From a virus, in the IMG/VR virus record IMGVR_UViG_3300031973_001557, positions 1-64,000 of that record: a stretch of 64,000 nt of DNA; one strand, written 5' to 3'. The notes below the pieces were generated by a model. It saw only the letters and a list, made by a program, of their open reading frames with translations, made no database searches and was not told the DNA's origin. A program made the position numbers and the translations under genes. Numbering within the stretch: the first letter of the stretch is position 1; each line of letters opens with the position of its first letter. Shown here piece after piece: positions 29,865 through 40,005 of the stretch.

Positions 29865-30109
29865 GTAATACTAGAAAATATATTATATTTGATATTACTG
29901 AATTAAATACTATAGATTTTAATCAGGTATTAGAAACATCAAGTGACACTGTTATATATAATGTAGCTGAAACACAAACTATAGTAAAATATTTAGGTGA
30001 TATGCCATCCTCAGTACAATCTTTAACTACTAAAGAAGGACCATATACACATACACAAATTATGAATATTATAACAGGTTCTGCTTGGACCGATCCTAAT
30101 GCAGAATAA
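29861..30109 (+). CDS. Small fibre-associated protein
   Basis: 82 aa; ATGA-coupled to the LamG gene. Confidence 0.7.
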   Translation: MSNTRKYIIFDITELNTIDFNQVLETSSDTVIYNVAETQTIVKYLGDMPSSVQSLTTKEGPYTHTQIMNIITGSAWTDPNAE

Positions 30110-30164
30110 TTAAATTTTGTAGTTTAATAAAAATATATTATATTTATTATAGTAAAAATAAGTC

Positions 30165-30422
30165 ATGATAAAACAAAAAAAAGTTACTAAACAAGAATTA
30201 GAATCTATTAATACTATTAAAGAACAACAAAATACTTTAATTAGTAATCTAGGATTAGCTGAATATCAGCTGAAGTTTTTAGAGCAACAAAAAAATGATT
30301 TAATGGTAGAATTATCTAAAACTGAAATAGAATTAGATAAACTATCAAATAATTTAAAAGAAAAATATGGAGATGTTTCTATTAATATGGAAACAGGTGA
30401 ATTTATTAACGAAAATAAATAG
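30165..30422 (+). CDS. Small coiled-coil protein (possible fibre chaperone)
   Basis: Heptad pattern; KYG...IN.ETGE C-terminus. Confidence 0.7.
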   Translation: MIKQKKVTKQELESINTIKEQQNTLISNLGLAEYQLKFLEQQKNDLMVELSKTEIELDKLSNNLKEKYGDVSINMETGEFINENK

Positions 30423-30536
30423 ATATTTATATTTGATATAGATAAAAATAATATACACTAAGTATAGTGTAAAGTTTCTTGAATAATTAGTTTTGTAAAT
30501 AAATAAGATATTTATTATTATAGCAAAACAACAAAA

Positions 30537-32252
30537 ATGGCAGAGACATTATTATCACCAGGTGTATTAGCAAGAGAGAATGATCTTTCTTTTATTCAAC
30601 AACAACCTGTTCAAGCTGGAACAGCAATCCTTGGACCTACAGCTAGAGGCCCAGTTTTAAGACCAACCCTTGTTACATCATATTCTGATTTTAAAAATAG
30701 ATTTGGTACTACTGTAGAAAGTGGTAGTAACGAGTATACATATCTTACTTCTATTGCAGCTTATAATTTTTTCCAGCAAGGAGGTACTACATTATTAGTA
30801 ACTAGAGTTGCAACAGGATCACATACTCCTGCAACTAGTTCATTTGTTTCTTCAAGCTTACCTGCAACACCTAATGCTTTTATCTTAGAAACTTTAGCAG
30901 ATGGTACTGATCAAAATAGTGTAGGACCAACTGGTACTAATCAAACACTACTAAGCGGATCTGATGAAAATTTAAGATGGGAAATTGTTAATCCTAATAC
31001 TGCATCAGGTACTTTTACTCTCTTAATTAGAAGAGGAGATGATAGCATTAATGAAAAAGTTATTTTAGAAACTTTTACTGATCTTACTTTAGATCCGTTT
31101 TCAAATGACTTTATAACTAAACGTATAGGTGATTTAACATCTACTTTAAATACATCTGAAACACAATTCTTCCTACAGCAAACAGGTACGGAACCAAATA
31201 GATCTAGATATGTAAGAGTTAAAGAAGTAAATGCTCTTACCCCTAATTTCTTTGATAATGATGGAGTTGCTAAGCCTGCTTTAACAGGGTCTATTCCTAT
31301 TGCAGCTAGTGGTACTTTTGGTGCAGCTACTGGAGATTTATTCGGACCTAGAGCAGCTAATTTTTATACTGCTATTAATGCTACCGATACACAAGGACTA
31401 GTAGCTGAAAACTATGATCAAGCTATTAATCTTTTAAATAATAAAGATGAATATAGATATAATCTATTAGTAGCTCCAGGTCTTACACTACAAGATCACT
31501 CTTCGCAATTAACTACTATAGCTAACAATGCAAGATCAAGAGGTGATTTTATGTTAATTGCTGATCCTGTAAGATATAGTAGTACTATATTGAATGTAAT
31601 AACTCAAAGTACTGTACTTAATAATTCCTATTCTGCAGTGTACTGGCCATGGCTACAAGTAATAGATCCAGATAGAGGATCAACAGTATTTGTTCCACCA
31701 TCAACTATTCTTCCAGGTACTTTTGCATTTAATGATTCAGTTGCTGAACCATGGTTTGCACCAGCTGGTATTAACAGAGGTACTCTTAATGGTGTTATAA
31801 GAGCTGAAAGAAGATTAACTCAGAATAATAGAGATGAACTTTATGATAATAATGTTAATCCTATTGCTACTTTCCCTAACGCTGGTGTAGTTGTATTCGG
31901 ACAAAAGACTACTCAGAAAAAAGCCTCAGCATTAGATAGAGTAAATGTAAGAAGATTATTGATTGCACTTAAATCATTTATTTCTCAAGTAGCTGACAAT
32001 TTAGTATTCGAACAAAATACTATAGCAACAAGAAATAATTTCTTATCTCAAGTTAATCCATATTTAGCATCAGTACAAGAAAGACAGGGTCTTTTTGCTT
32101 TCAAAGTTGTAATGGATGAAACAAATAACACACCAGATGTTATAGATAGAAATCAATTAGTAGGACAAATATTCTTACAACCAACAAGAACAGCAGAATT
32201 TATTATTCTTGATTTCAATGTATTACCAACAGGAGCAGAGTTTCCAGAATAA
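30537..32252 (+). CDS. Tail sheath protein (gp18-like)
   Basis: LSPGVLARE, PWFAPAG.NRG, NVNPI, DRVNVRRL, FEQN. Confidence 0.96.
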   Translation: MAETLLSPGVLARENDLSFIQQQPVQAGTAILGPTARGPVLRPTLVTSYSDFKNRFGTTVESGSNEYTYLTSIAAYNFFQQGGTTLLVTRVATGSHTPATSSFVSSSLPATPNAFILETLADGTDQNSVGPTGTNQTLLSGSDENLRWEIVNPNTASGTFTLLIRRGDDSINEKVILETFTDLTLDPFSNDFITKRIGDLTSTLNTSETQFFLQQTGTEPNRSRYVRVKEVNALTPNFFDNDGVAKPALTGSIPIAASGTFGAATGDLFGPRAANFYTAINATDTQGLVAENYDQAINLLNNKDEYRYNLLVAPGLTLQDHSSQLTTIANNARSRGDFMLIADPVRYSSTILNVITQSTVLNNSYSAVYWPWLQVIDPDRGSTVFVPPSTILPGTFAFNDSVAEPWFAPAGINRGTLNGVIRAERRLTQNNRDELYDNNVNPIATFPNAGVVVFGQKTTQKKASALDRVNVRRLLIALKSFISQVADNLVFEQNTIATRNNFLSQVNPYLASVQERQGLFAFKVVMDETNNTPDVIDRNQLVGQIFLQPTRTAEFIILDFNVLPTGAEFPE

Positions 32253-32297
32253 AAAATAAGTTCTTAGATATTTATAATAAAGATTAAAATATAAAAC

Positions 32298-32786
32298 ATG
32301 CCAGTACTAGATAGTAACGAAATATTTTTTACCGCGTTTGAACCTAAACAGAAGAATAGATTTATTATGTTTATGGATGGTTTTCCAACATTTATGGTTA
32401 AAGGTGTTGGAGCTATCACAGTTGAGAACGGAGAGGTAAAACTTAATCATATTAATGTATATAGAAAAGTTAAAGGAACAACTACATGGGGAGATGTTCA
32501 AATAACTCTATATGATCCGATTACACCATCAGGTGCTCAAGCTATTATGGAATGGGTTCGTTTACATCACGAATCAGTAACTGGTAGAGATGGATATTCT
32601 GATTTCTATAAAAAAGATTTAACATTTAACGTTCTTGGTCCTGTAGGAGATATTGTATCTGAATGGATTATGAAAGGTGCATTTATTAAAACAGCTAACT
32701 TTGGAGATTATAACTGGGGAGATGAAAATGCAGCTCAAGAACTTACAATGACAGTAGGAATGGATTACTGTGTATTAAACTTCTAA
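32298..32786 (+). CDS. Tail tube protein (gp19-like)
   Basis: Follows the sheath; ITLYDPI, YKKD, GAF motifs. Confidence 0.9.
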   Translation: MPVLDSNEIFFTAFEPKQKNRFIMFMDGFPTFMVKGVGAITVENGEVKLNHINVYRKVKGTTTWGDVQITLYDPITPSGAQAIMEWVRLHHESVTGRDGYSDFYKKDLTFNVLGPVGDIVSEWIMKGAFIKTANFGDYNWGDENAAQELTMTVGMDYCVLNF

Positions 32787-32831
32787 GATTAATTTAAAGG
32801 TTTTAAAAAATAGTTTTAAAAAATAAAATTT

Positions 32832-33560
32832 ATGGCAACAACTAAATTCCCGTCTGAGATCGTATCTCTTCCTTCTAAAGGTGTATTATATTCTAAAGAT
32901 TCTCTACTTGCTAAAGGAGAAATAGAGATGAAGTATATGACAGCTAAAGAAGAAGATATTCTTACCAATCAAACTTATATTGAAAAAGGTATTGTAATTG
33001 ATAAATTAATTAAATCCTTAATAGTATCAGATATTAACTATGATGATCTTTTAACAGGAGATAAGAATGGTATAATGATTGCTGCTCGAATTCTTTCATA
33101 TGGTAAAGAATATACTTTTACTATGAATGGAGAAGAATATACTGTTGATTTAACAGATTATAAAGAAAAAGACTTACATCCGGAAGTTAAAAAAGGTATT
33201 AATAATTTTTCATTTACTTTACCATATTCAAAAATACCTGTTACATTTAAGCTTTTAACTCACAAAGATGAACGAAATATTGAGCAGGAAATTAAATCTC
33301 TTAAAAGAATAAAATCTTCGGAAAGTTTTTTATTATCAACTAGATTAAAGCATATGATTACTTCAGTTGGAGATCAGGATGATAGTAAAACTATTAGAGA
33401 ATTTGTTGATAAAGAATTGCTTGCAATGGATGCTAGAGCATTAAGAAAATATGTAAAAGAGATAGCACCAGATATGGACTTATTTTTTTTTACAGAAGGA
33501 AGCGATAAACCTATCAGCCTCCCAATTACTATCCAGTTCTTTTATCCTGACGTCGAGTGA
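32832..33560 (+). CDS. Tail assembly chaperone / baseplate hub assembly protein
   Basis: LPSKG..Y, MTAKEEDIL; lies between tube and tape measure. Confidence 0.8.
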   Translation: MATTKFPSEIVSLPSKGVLYSKDSLLAKGEIEMKYMTAKEEDILTNQTYIEKGIVIDKLIKSLIVSDINYDDLLTGDKNGIMIAARILSYGKEYTFTMNGEEYTVDLTDYKEKDLHPEVKKGINNFSFTLPYSKIPVTFKLLTHKDERNIEQEIKSLKRIKSSESFLLSTRLKHMITSVGDQDDSKTIREFVDKELLAMDARALRKYVKEIAPDMDLFFFTEGSDKPISLPITIQFFYPDVE

Positions 33561-33831
33561 GGCATTAGAGTATAGAAAAAATCTTTTTACAGTTATACAT
33601 CAGATTGTATTTCATGGTAATGGTGGATACGATTTTGATACTGTATATAACTTACCTATGTGGTTAAGAAAATTTACTTATCATGAAATTAAAAATTATT
33701 ATGATAAGGAGAAAGAGCAATATCAAAAAGCTAGTAGGGGAAATAATACTACCACATTAGTTAATCCAGATGGGACTATAAATAAACAAGAGTTTAAAAA
33801 CGCTCAACCTCGTGCTCCAATTTATAAATAA
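33544..33831 (+). CDS. Unannotated +1-frame extension of the tail chaperone (G/GT-like)
   Basis: The +1 frame reads ILTSSEALEYRKNLFTVIHQIVFHGNGGYDFDTVYNLPMWLRKF...PIYK*, fills the gap before the tape measure gene and has no 5' ATG. Confidence 0.7.
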   Translation: MLTSSEALEYRKNLFTVIHQIVFHGNGGYDFDTVYNLPMWLRKFTYHEIKNYYDKEKEQYQKASRGNNTTTLVNPDGTINKQEFKNAQPRAPIYK

Positions 33832-33855
33832 TTTATTTGCTAGATATTTATTATT

Positions 33856-36324
33856 ATGGCATTAACACCAGAACAACAAAAAGTATTAAATAAATTATTA
33901 GCTGAAGGTTTAATTACTCAAAAGCAAATTAATGATGTTGCTAAAGATACAGCAGCTACTAATCAACTTATTAATGATACTCTAGAAACACAGAGTAGAA
34001 TAAATCAATCAAATCTTGATACTCAATTTAAAGCTTATACTCAATCTGCAAGACTTACAGATGAAATTGAAGAGCAGTTAAATATACAAAGAAAAAGAAA
34101 TAAAGAAGAAAGAGAGTTAGCTAAACTTACTAATGATATTAGCTCAACATTAAATAAACAAATAAAAGATTTTAAGAGCGTAGATAAAATTAATGCTCAA
34201 ATATCAAAAAATACAGATCTACAAAAAAGAATTAAAACTGAAATAGCTAATGCTGATAGTAAATCAAAAGCTATTTTAGCTGAATATTCTAGTTTAGAGT
34301 CACAAATTACTGCTGAAGTTGAAAAACAAGATACCTTAACAGGTCAAGAGTTGATTGATAGTCAACAAAAATTAAGTAATTTATTAAATCAAGCAGATGT
34401 ATTAAAAGATAATTTAACTTCACAGCAATCAATATTAGTAGCATTAGATGAGCAAAGTACTGCTATAGATACTGCAAACCAAGCTTTAGAAGCTCAAAAA
34501 GATAATGTAAAAGATATAAATAAAAGGTTAGGATTATCAGGCGGAATAGTTAAAGGAGCAACTAAATTATTTAGAGGATTAGGTATAGATTCAGCAGCTG
34601 ATCAAATGGGTGGGTTAAATGAGGAGCTACAAACGATGGCCGAAGAAGGAGCTAGCTCAGGAGATATAATGAAAAAATCTTTTACTGGATCAACAGATGC
34701 CCTTAAAGAAGGCTTGAAAGATCCTTTAACACAAATAACTTTATTAGGAGCTGCTGGTATAGGTATTTTTAAAATGCTTTTAAATTTTGCGTTAGAAGCT
34801 GATAAAGGATTTGGTCAGATAGTTAAACAAACGGGATTACAGAATGATGCAGCATTAAAAGTAAGAGATAATATATCTCAACAAGCAGCAGCTACGGATA
34901 ATCTTTTTATAAATTCTAAAAATTTAACAGAATCATTTAATACTCTAACACAACAAACTGGAATGTTAGCTGATTTTGGAGGTCAAACATTAGAAACATT
35001 TACCTCTTTAAATAAACAGTTAGGATTATCAGAAAAAGGAGCTACTCAACTTACAATGCAAGCTAGAATGCAAGGTAAGAATACTGAACGAGTATTAGAA
35101 AATACCGTTGGAGTAGTAAATCAAATAAATAAACAAAATAAAAGTGCTTTAAGTGCTAAAGAAATATTAAACGATGTTGCTGAGGTTTCTGCAGATATAG
35201 CTGTATCTCTAGGTCAAAATCCAGAAGCAATTGCTGCTGCGGTAGCAGAAGCTAAACTATTAGGTTTAAATCTAGATGAAGTTGCGGGTATAGCAGATGG
35301 ATTACTTAATATACAAGGTTCCCTTCAAGCTGAAATGGAAGCAGAATTAATATTGGGTAAAAATTTAAACTTAGAAAAAGCAAGAAGTTTAGCTTTAGAT
35401 AATGATATGGCTGGATTAGCTGAAGAACTTCGTAATCAAGAAGAGATAATGCTAGCTTTTAGAACTGGAAATAGAATAGAGCAAGAAGCTGCCGCTAAAG
35501 CTTTAGGATTATCTAGAGAGCAAATGGGTCAAATAATTCAACAACAGGATTATTTAAATTTAAGTCAGGAAGAATATACAGCTGCATATGGTGAACAATC
35601 ATATGAACAAATGCAACAATTAGATGCTCAAGAAAAAATGAATGCATCAATGGAGCAATTTAAAATGGCTATGGCTGATGTTGCTGTACAAATGATTCCG
35701 ATTATAGAAGGTATTGCAAATTTTATATCAGGTTTAGCAAAAGCAAAAGGTGGAGCAGGAGCATTAGTAACAGTGTTAGGAGTAATCGCAAGTCTTTCAG
35801 TAGCAGCCTCTATTGCAAAAATTATTTCATCTTTTGCTCAAATACCAATGGGGGTTGGTATACCACTAGGTATAGCTGCTTCTATCAGTATGTTAGCATT
35901 AATTAGTTCTGCAAAAGCTAAAGTAGCTAAAGCAACTCAAGCAAAAGATTTAAGACAAAGATCAGGTCAAAAGGCAGTAATGTCTCAAACTTTAGGTGGA
36001 TTAGAACCAGTATTACCTGCACCTGAAGATGATATAGTAATGGGTCCAGGAATTTTAAATAAAGTTGAAAGAGCAGAAGCAATGGATAGAAATCCAAGAC
36101 CTGGAATAACAAACTCAGTATTAGAATCAAAAGCTCAAGCAAAAGAAAAAGTAATAGTTAATAATGATAACTCTGAATTAGTTAAACAAAATAGTGAAAT
36201 GATGGCAATGTTTAAATCTATGAATCAATCTTTAAACTCTATCAATAAAAAAGAATCGAATGTTTACCTTGGATCTGAACAAGTACAAAATAATCTTAAT
36301 AGATCTACTGCAGGATTAAGGTAA
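33856..36324 (+). CDS. Tape measure protein
   Basis: Long helical Ala/Leu/Gln-rich protein with hydrophobic segments; position after the chaperone. Confidence 0.85.
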   Translation: MALTPEQQKVLNKLLAEGLITQKQINDVAKDTAATNQLINDTLETQSRINQSNLDTQFKAYTQSARLTDEIEEQLNIQRKRNKEERELAKLTNDISSTLNKQIKDFKSVDKINAQISKNTDLQKRIKTEIANADSKSKAILAEYSSLESQITAEVEKQDTLTGQELIDSQQKLSNLLNQADVLKDNLTSQQSILVALDEQSTAIDTANQALEAQKDNVKDINKRLGLSGGIVKGATKLFRGLGIDSAADQMGGLNEELQTMAEEGASSGDIMKKSFTGSTDALKEGLKDPLTQITLLGAAGIGIFKMLLNFALEADKGFGQIVKQTGLQNDAALKVRDNISQQAAATDNLFINSKNLTESFNTLTQQTGMLADFGGQTLETFTSLNKQLGLSEKGATQLTMQARMQGKNTERVLENTVGVVNQINKQNKSALSAKEILNDVAEVSADIAVSLGQNPEAIAAAVAEAKLLGLNLDEVAGIADGLLNIQGSLQAEMEAELILGKNLNLEKARSLALDNDMAGLAEELRNQEEIMLAFRTGNRIEQEAAAKALGLSREQMGQIIQQQDYLNLSQEEYTAAYGEQSYEQMQQLDAQEKMNASMEQFKMAMADVAVQMIPIIEGIANFISGLAKAKGGAGALVTVLGVIASLSVAASIAKIISSFAQIPMGVGIPLGIAASISMLALISSAKAKVAKATQAKDLRQRSGQKAVMSQTLGGLEPVLPAPEDDIVMGPGILNKVERAEAMDRNPRPGITNSVLESKAQAKEKVIVNNDNSELVKQNSEMMAMFKSMNQSLNSINKKESNVYLGSEQVQNNLNRSTAGLR

Positions 36325-36356
36325 TTTATAAATTATTATATTTATAATAAAATACA

Positions 36357-36701
36357 ATGGGATTAAAAGATAAACTTACAAACGAAGGCTCAAGCTTCTC
36401 ATATAATAATGGAGGAAATGCTGCAACATTAGATGGATCTTTAGATCAATCAAAATTACATGGTGATCCAAATGGAGGACCAGGTTACTCTTTAGATGGT
36501 AGTAGTTTTAATCAAGTAAATAACTCTTATCAACAATATCAAGATGGAGCTACTAATTTCTTACCACAACCATCTCAATTAGATACTAATGGTGTTACAC
36601 CAAGTGGACCTTTAAAAGCACCTAATACTATCTCAGTAAATAATACTTTTGCAAACGGTACATATAGAAATAATCTACCTGAAGGTGCTCAGACTTTTTA
36701 A
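36357..36701 (+). CDS. Small virion protein
   Basis: Preceded by TATTTATA at 36339; in the tail module. Confidence 0.7.
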   Translation: MGLKDKLTNEGSSFSYNNGGNAATLDGSLDQSKLHGDPNGGPGYSLDGSSFNQVNNSYQQYQDGATNFLPQPSQLDTNGVTPSGPLKAPNTISVNNTFANGTYRNNLPEGAQTF

Positions 36702-36712
36702 AATAGGTAAAA

Positions 36713-39610
36713 ATGAGCTTGTTAGGATCTTTCAAAGACGGTACTCAAACCGATCTTACATCTTTAAAGTATGGTAATGACCGAAAAGGTGGTGGATCTT
36801 CTAATGAACCATATATTTTTAATCCTATACTATCAAATGTAATACCAGGTACATTTAATAATTTATTACAACCTCTCCCTGTAGGTACTAATATAGATGG
36901 AATCGTTAGAGGTGGACTTGCTGGACCCTTACATGCAGCCGATGATGTAAAACGAATAAGCAGAAAACTATTTGATAATAAAAATATATCTGGTACTTTA
37001 TTTACAATAAAACAGCAAGTTTTATCTAAAATAGCTCCTCGCACCCAACATTCTAAAGGTCTATTAAATGAAGGTATTTATAGTCCATTAAATACTCTAG
37101 CCCAAGTAGGTGGAGGATTTTTAGGATTTCATACTGAAAAACAAGGACCTATTGTAGGAGTTACTAATCGATATTTAGACTCTGTAAAACCTACCTTAAA
37201 TATACCAACAACCCAATTAACTTCCATACCTGAAGGACCAGCATTACCAAACCAACCTACACCAGATATAGATAACGATGGTATTCCTGATACTATAGAT
37301 GTTAATTCCATTAATCCACCAACGATTGGAAGTAATAGTAGATTAGCGGGATTATTTTTTGTACATCAAGAAGGATTTCCTGTAAAAAATAAAGCATTAT
37401 TTCCATTTAAACTACACAATCCCCTAATTAATGTATATTCATATAGAGGTGGTCCAAGCTCAGTTTTAGGTTTAGGTAGGACTAATCTTAAATTTGCAAC
37501 TACTATAACGGGTGCTCCTATTAAAATTGAAAAATTTAATACTAATAGTTTTACTGATGGAGTTAACAAAAACTATATCGGATCAGGAGCTGAATATCGA
37601 TTAGCATTTTTATATAGACACCAATATAATACTTTTAATTATCGCGAAGATACTGGATTTTTTACAGGTAAATATTTTTTTAATTTAGCTAAAAAACAAG
37701 ATAATCAAACTTTATTAAAAACTGTACCACTTTCAAAACAAAAAAAATCATCCTTTAGCTTTAGATTACCATTTATTGAAAGTCCAAGATTCATAAATAG
37801 ATTAGTAAATTATTATGGAATATACTACAACAAGTATGTCCCAGGAGATCCTAATTCTATTCCAATTACAAGGATTGACACTGGAATTACAACCACTACT
37901 TTAGGTACTGATAAAAATAATCAAGTACCTTTAAGAACTGCAAATAGTAATCCAACTAAAGACTTTCAGTGGAATATTACTCAAATTAAAGGTGTTGAAA
38001 ATAACCAATCTATAAACGATAGTAGTATTTTAGAAAGTGCTCCTACAATACGAGAGAACTTTACTAGAAGAATTAATGCATATGCAAATTACGCTCCTTC
38101 ATATTCTCCTAACAATATAATTGATAATAGACTAGGTTTAGGAAATCCTGGAGGTCGTAATTCAAAAACTGCATATCAACAACCAGGAAGTGCAGTTCGG
38201 TATGATGATATAGATTTAACAATAAATACTCCTAATGATAATAATAGTACACGCACTAGAGAACAATTAAATGCTGCATTAGATAAATTAAATGCTCTTG
38301 GAGTGTATGGTCCTACTAGAGATATGGTAACTGGTCAAGTAGGAGGTAATTCTATTATACCTGTTGACGACTTAGTTAAATTTAATATAGGGGTAATATC
38401 AAATGGTAATGCAAGTAGATCTAGATTTTTACACTTTAGAGCCTTTTTAGGGGATATAACTGATGATTATTCTTCTAACTGGGATACTCATAATTATGTT
38501 GGTAGAGCAGAAAATTTTTATAATTATACCGGTCAGTTTGAAAGAAATATTTCTTTATCGTTTATAGTAGCAGCACAATCTAAAGCTGAACTTATTCCGA
38601 TGTATAAAAAATTAAACTTTTTAGCATCAGCTATGGCTGGAGATTATACAGGAGCAGGATATTTAGCTGGGAATTTAATGGAATTAACTATAGGTGGTTA
38701 TGTATATAGAACACCTGGATTTTTAAAAGGTATAACTTATACTCTAAAGCAAGGATATCCGTGGGAGATAGGTTTAACTAGAGGAGCAGGAGAAGGATTT
38801 GGTATTGATACTACTGTTAAAGAACTTTGTCATTATGTAGAAGTTTCAGGATTTAACTTTACTGTAATACACGACTTCCTACCAACATTAGCTAAAACTC
38901 CTGATATTACTACTAAAAGATTTATATCTTTACAAGATATTTATGGTAATAGCTATAATACTTTTGGTAATAGACCTGAGAATGAAATAGTTCAAGAAAA
39001 ATTAGCTGAGTTAGAAAGAAATAGTGAAACTAATACACCTGAAACTTTACCAGAAGATCCAGGAGATATTTTATTTGATCTTTCAGGACTAGGAGAAGAG
39101 TTACAACAAGCTGCATTTGTTGATGATGATGTAGTTATTACTACACCAACTAATAATGAAAATAATACATCACCTAATCCAGATATTCCTAAACCTAATG
39201 CATCAGCACAATCTACACGAGAACCTAGCGTTCAAGGAGGAGGATCAATAATTGATGCAAGAGAAAACGATATTGTTACTGTTGATGTTGGACAAGGCCC
39301 TCAGGAAGTTACAATAACGCAATTTTTTCCAGGTCTTGGTGTCTTTGGTACTGCAGCTGATGGTAGTGTAGTAGATTTAACTCCTTTCTTTGAACAAGAT
39401 CCTGATTTTGCAGATACTTTAGATGAAATAGTAGTAAAACCAAGAGAAGAGGCAGCTACTATAGAAATAGAGCCATTAAGCTTAACTGAAATAGCTGCTC
39501 CTATAAATACACCTGAAACTATAGAAAAAGTAGATGAAATACCTCTTGACTTTGGAGATGATTCAAAAGAGGCTAAAAATTATTCTGATTTCAGAGATAA
39601 ATTAAATTAA
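36713..39610 (+). CDS. Baseplate / tail-tube initiator-like protein
   Basis: FRAFL..ITDDY...YVGRAE.FYNY...ISLSF...LTIG tube-like domain; DIDNDGIPD motif; acidic tail. Confidence 0.7.
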   Translation: MSLLGSFKDGTQTDLTSLKYGNDRKGGGSSNEPYIFNPILSNVIPGTFNNLLQPLPVGTNIDGIVRGGLAGPLHAADDVKRISRKLFDNKNISGTLFTIKQQVLSKIAPRTQHSKGLLNEGIYSPLNTLAQVGGGFLGFHTEKQGPIVGVTNRYLDSVKPTLNIPTTQLTSIPEGPALPNQPTPDIDNDGIPDTIDVNSINPPTIGSNSRLAGLFFVHQEGFPVKNKALFPFKLHNPLINVYSYRGGPSSVLGLGRTNLKFATTITGAPIKIEKFNTNSFTDGVNKNYIGSGAEYRLAFLYRHQYNTFNYREDTGFFTGKYFFNLAKKQDNQTLLKTVPLSKQKKSSFSFRLPFIESPRFINRLVNYYGIYYNKYVPGDPNSIPITRIDTGITTTTLGTDKNNQVPLRTANSNPTKDFQWNITQIKGVENNQSINDSSILESAPTIRENFTRRINAYANYAPSYSPNNIIDNRLGLGNPGGRNSKTAYQQPGSAVRYDDIDLTINTPNDNNSTRTREQLNAALDKLNALGVYGPTRDMVTGQVGGNSIIPVDDLVKFNIGVISNGNASRSRFLHFRAFLGDITDDYSSNWDTHNYVGRAENFYNYTGQFERNISLSFIVAAQSKAELIPMYKKLNFLASAMAGDYTGAGYLAGNLMELTIGGYVYRTPGFLKGITYTLKQGYPWEIGLTRGAGEGFGIDTTVKELCHYVEVSGFNFTVIHDFLPTLAKTPDITTKRFISLQDIYGNSYNTFGNRPENEIVQEKLAELERNSETNTPETLPEDPGDILFDLSGLGEELQQAAFVDDDVVITTPTNNENNTSPNPDIPKPNASAQSTREPSVQGGGSIIDARENDIVTVDVGQGPQEVTITQFFPGLGVFGTAADGSVVDLTPFFEQDPDFADTLDEIVVKPREEAATIEIEPLSLTEIAAPINTPETIEKVDEIPLDFGDDSKEAKNYSDFRDKLN

Positions 39611-39622
39611 TAAATTTTTAAT

Positions 39623-40000
39623 ATGGGTAGATATACTAGTGTAAAAGTAATGAATGATAGGGATTATAAAAAAGAATTATATGTTAATCAAAAATATCCT
39701 ATACCACCTTTAGATCCTAATGATATATATGTTTATGCTAATGAAACTGATAGATATGATATATTTGCTGATAAATTTTACGGTGATTCTACGTTATGGT
39801 ATATTATTTCTTTAGCTAATACTGAAAGTAATACCAATATGGCTTCTATATATCCACCAGTAGGTAAAAGAATTAGAATACCAATTGATTATGTTCAGTT
39901 TGAAAGTCTTTATATGCAAGGAAATCGACGTAGAGTATTTACTCAAGGTCTTAATTATAAAAACTTTAATACTGGATATGTAAGAAATATTTATAATTAA
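39623..40000 (+). CDS. LysM-like baseplate wedge protein (gp53/tail X-like)
   Basis: DRYDIFADKFYGDSTLWYIISLAN...G.RIRIP. Confidence 0.8.
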   Translation: MGRYTSVKVMNDRDYKKELYVNQKYPIPPLDPNDIYVYANETDRYDIFADKFYGDSTLWYIISLANTESNTNMASIYPPVGKRIRIPIDYVQFESLYMQGNRRRVFTQGLNYKNFNTGYVRNIYN

Positions 40001-40005
40001 ATCAA

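Noticed and set aside
30454-30471. Hairpin TACACTA-agta-TAGTGTA upstream of the sheath gene
   Set aside because: Weak AT-rich 7-bp stem without an adjacent T run; cannot be called a terminator or ncRNA.
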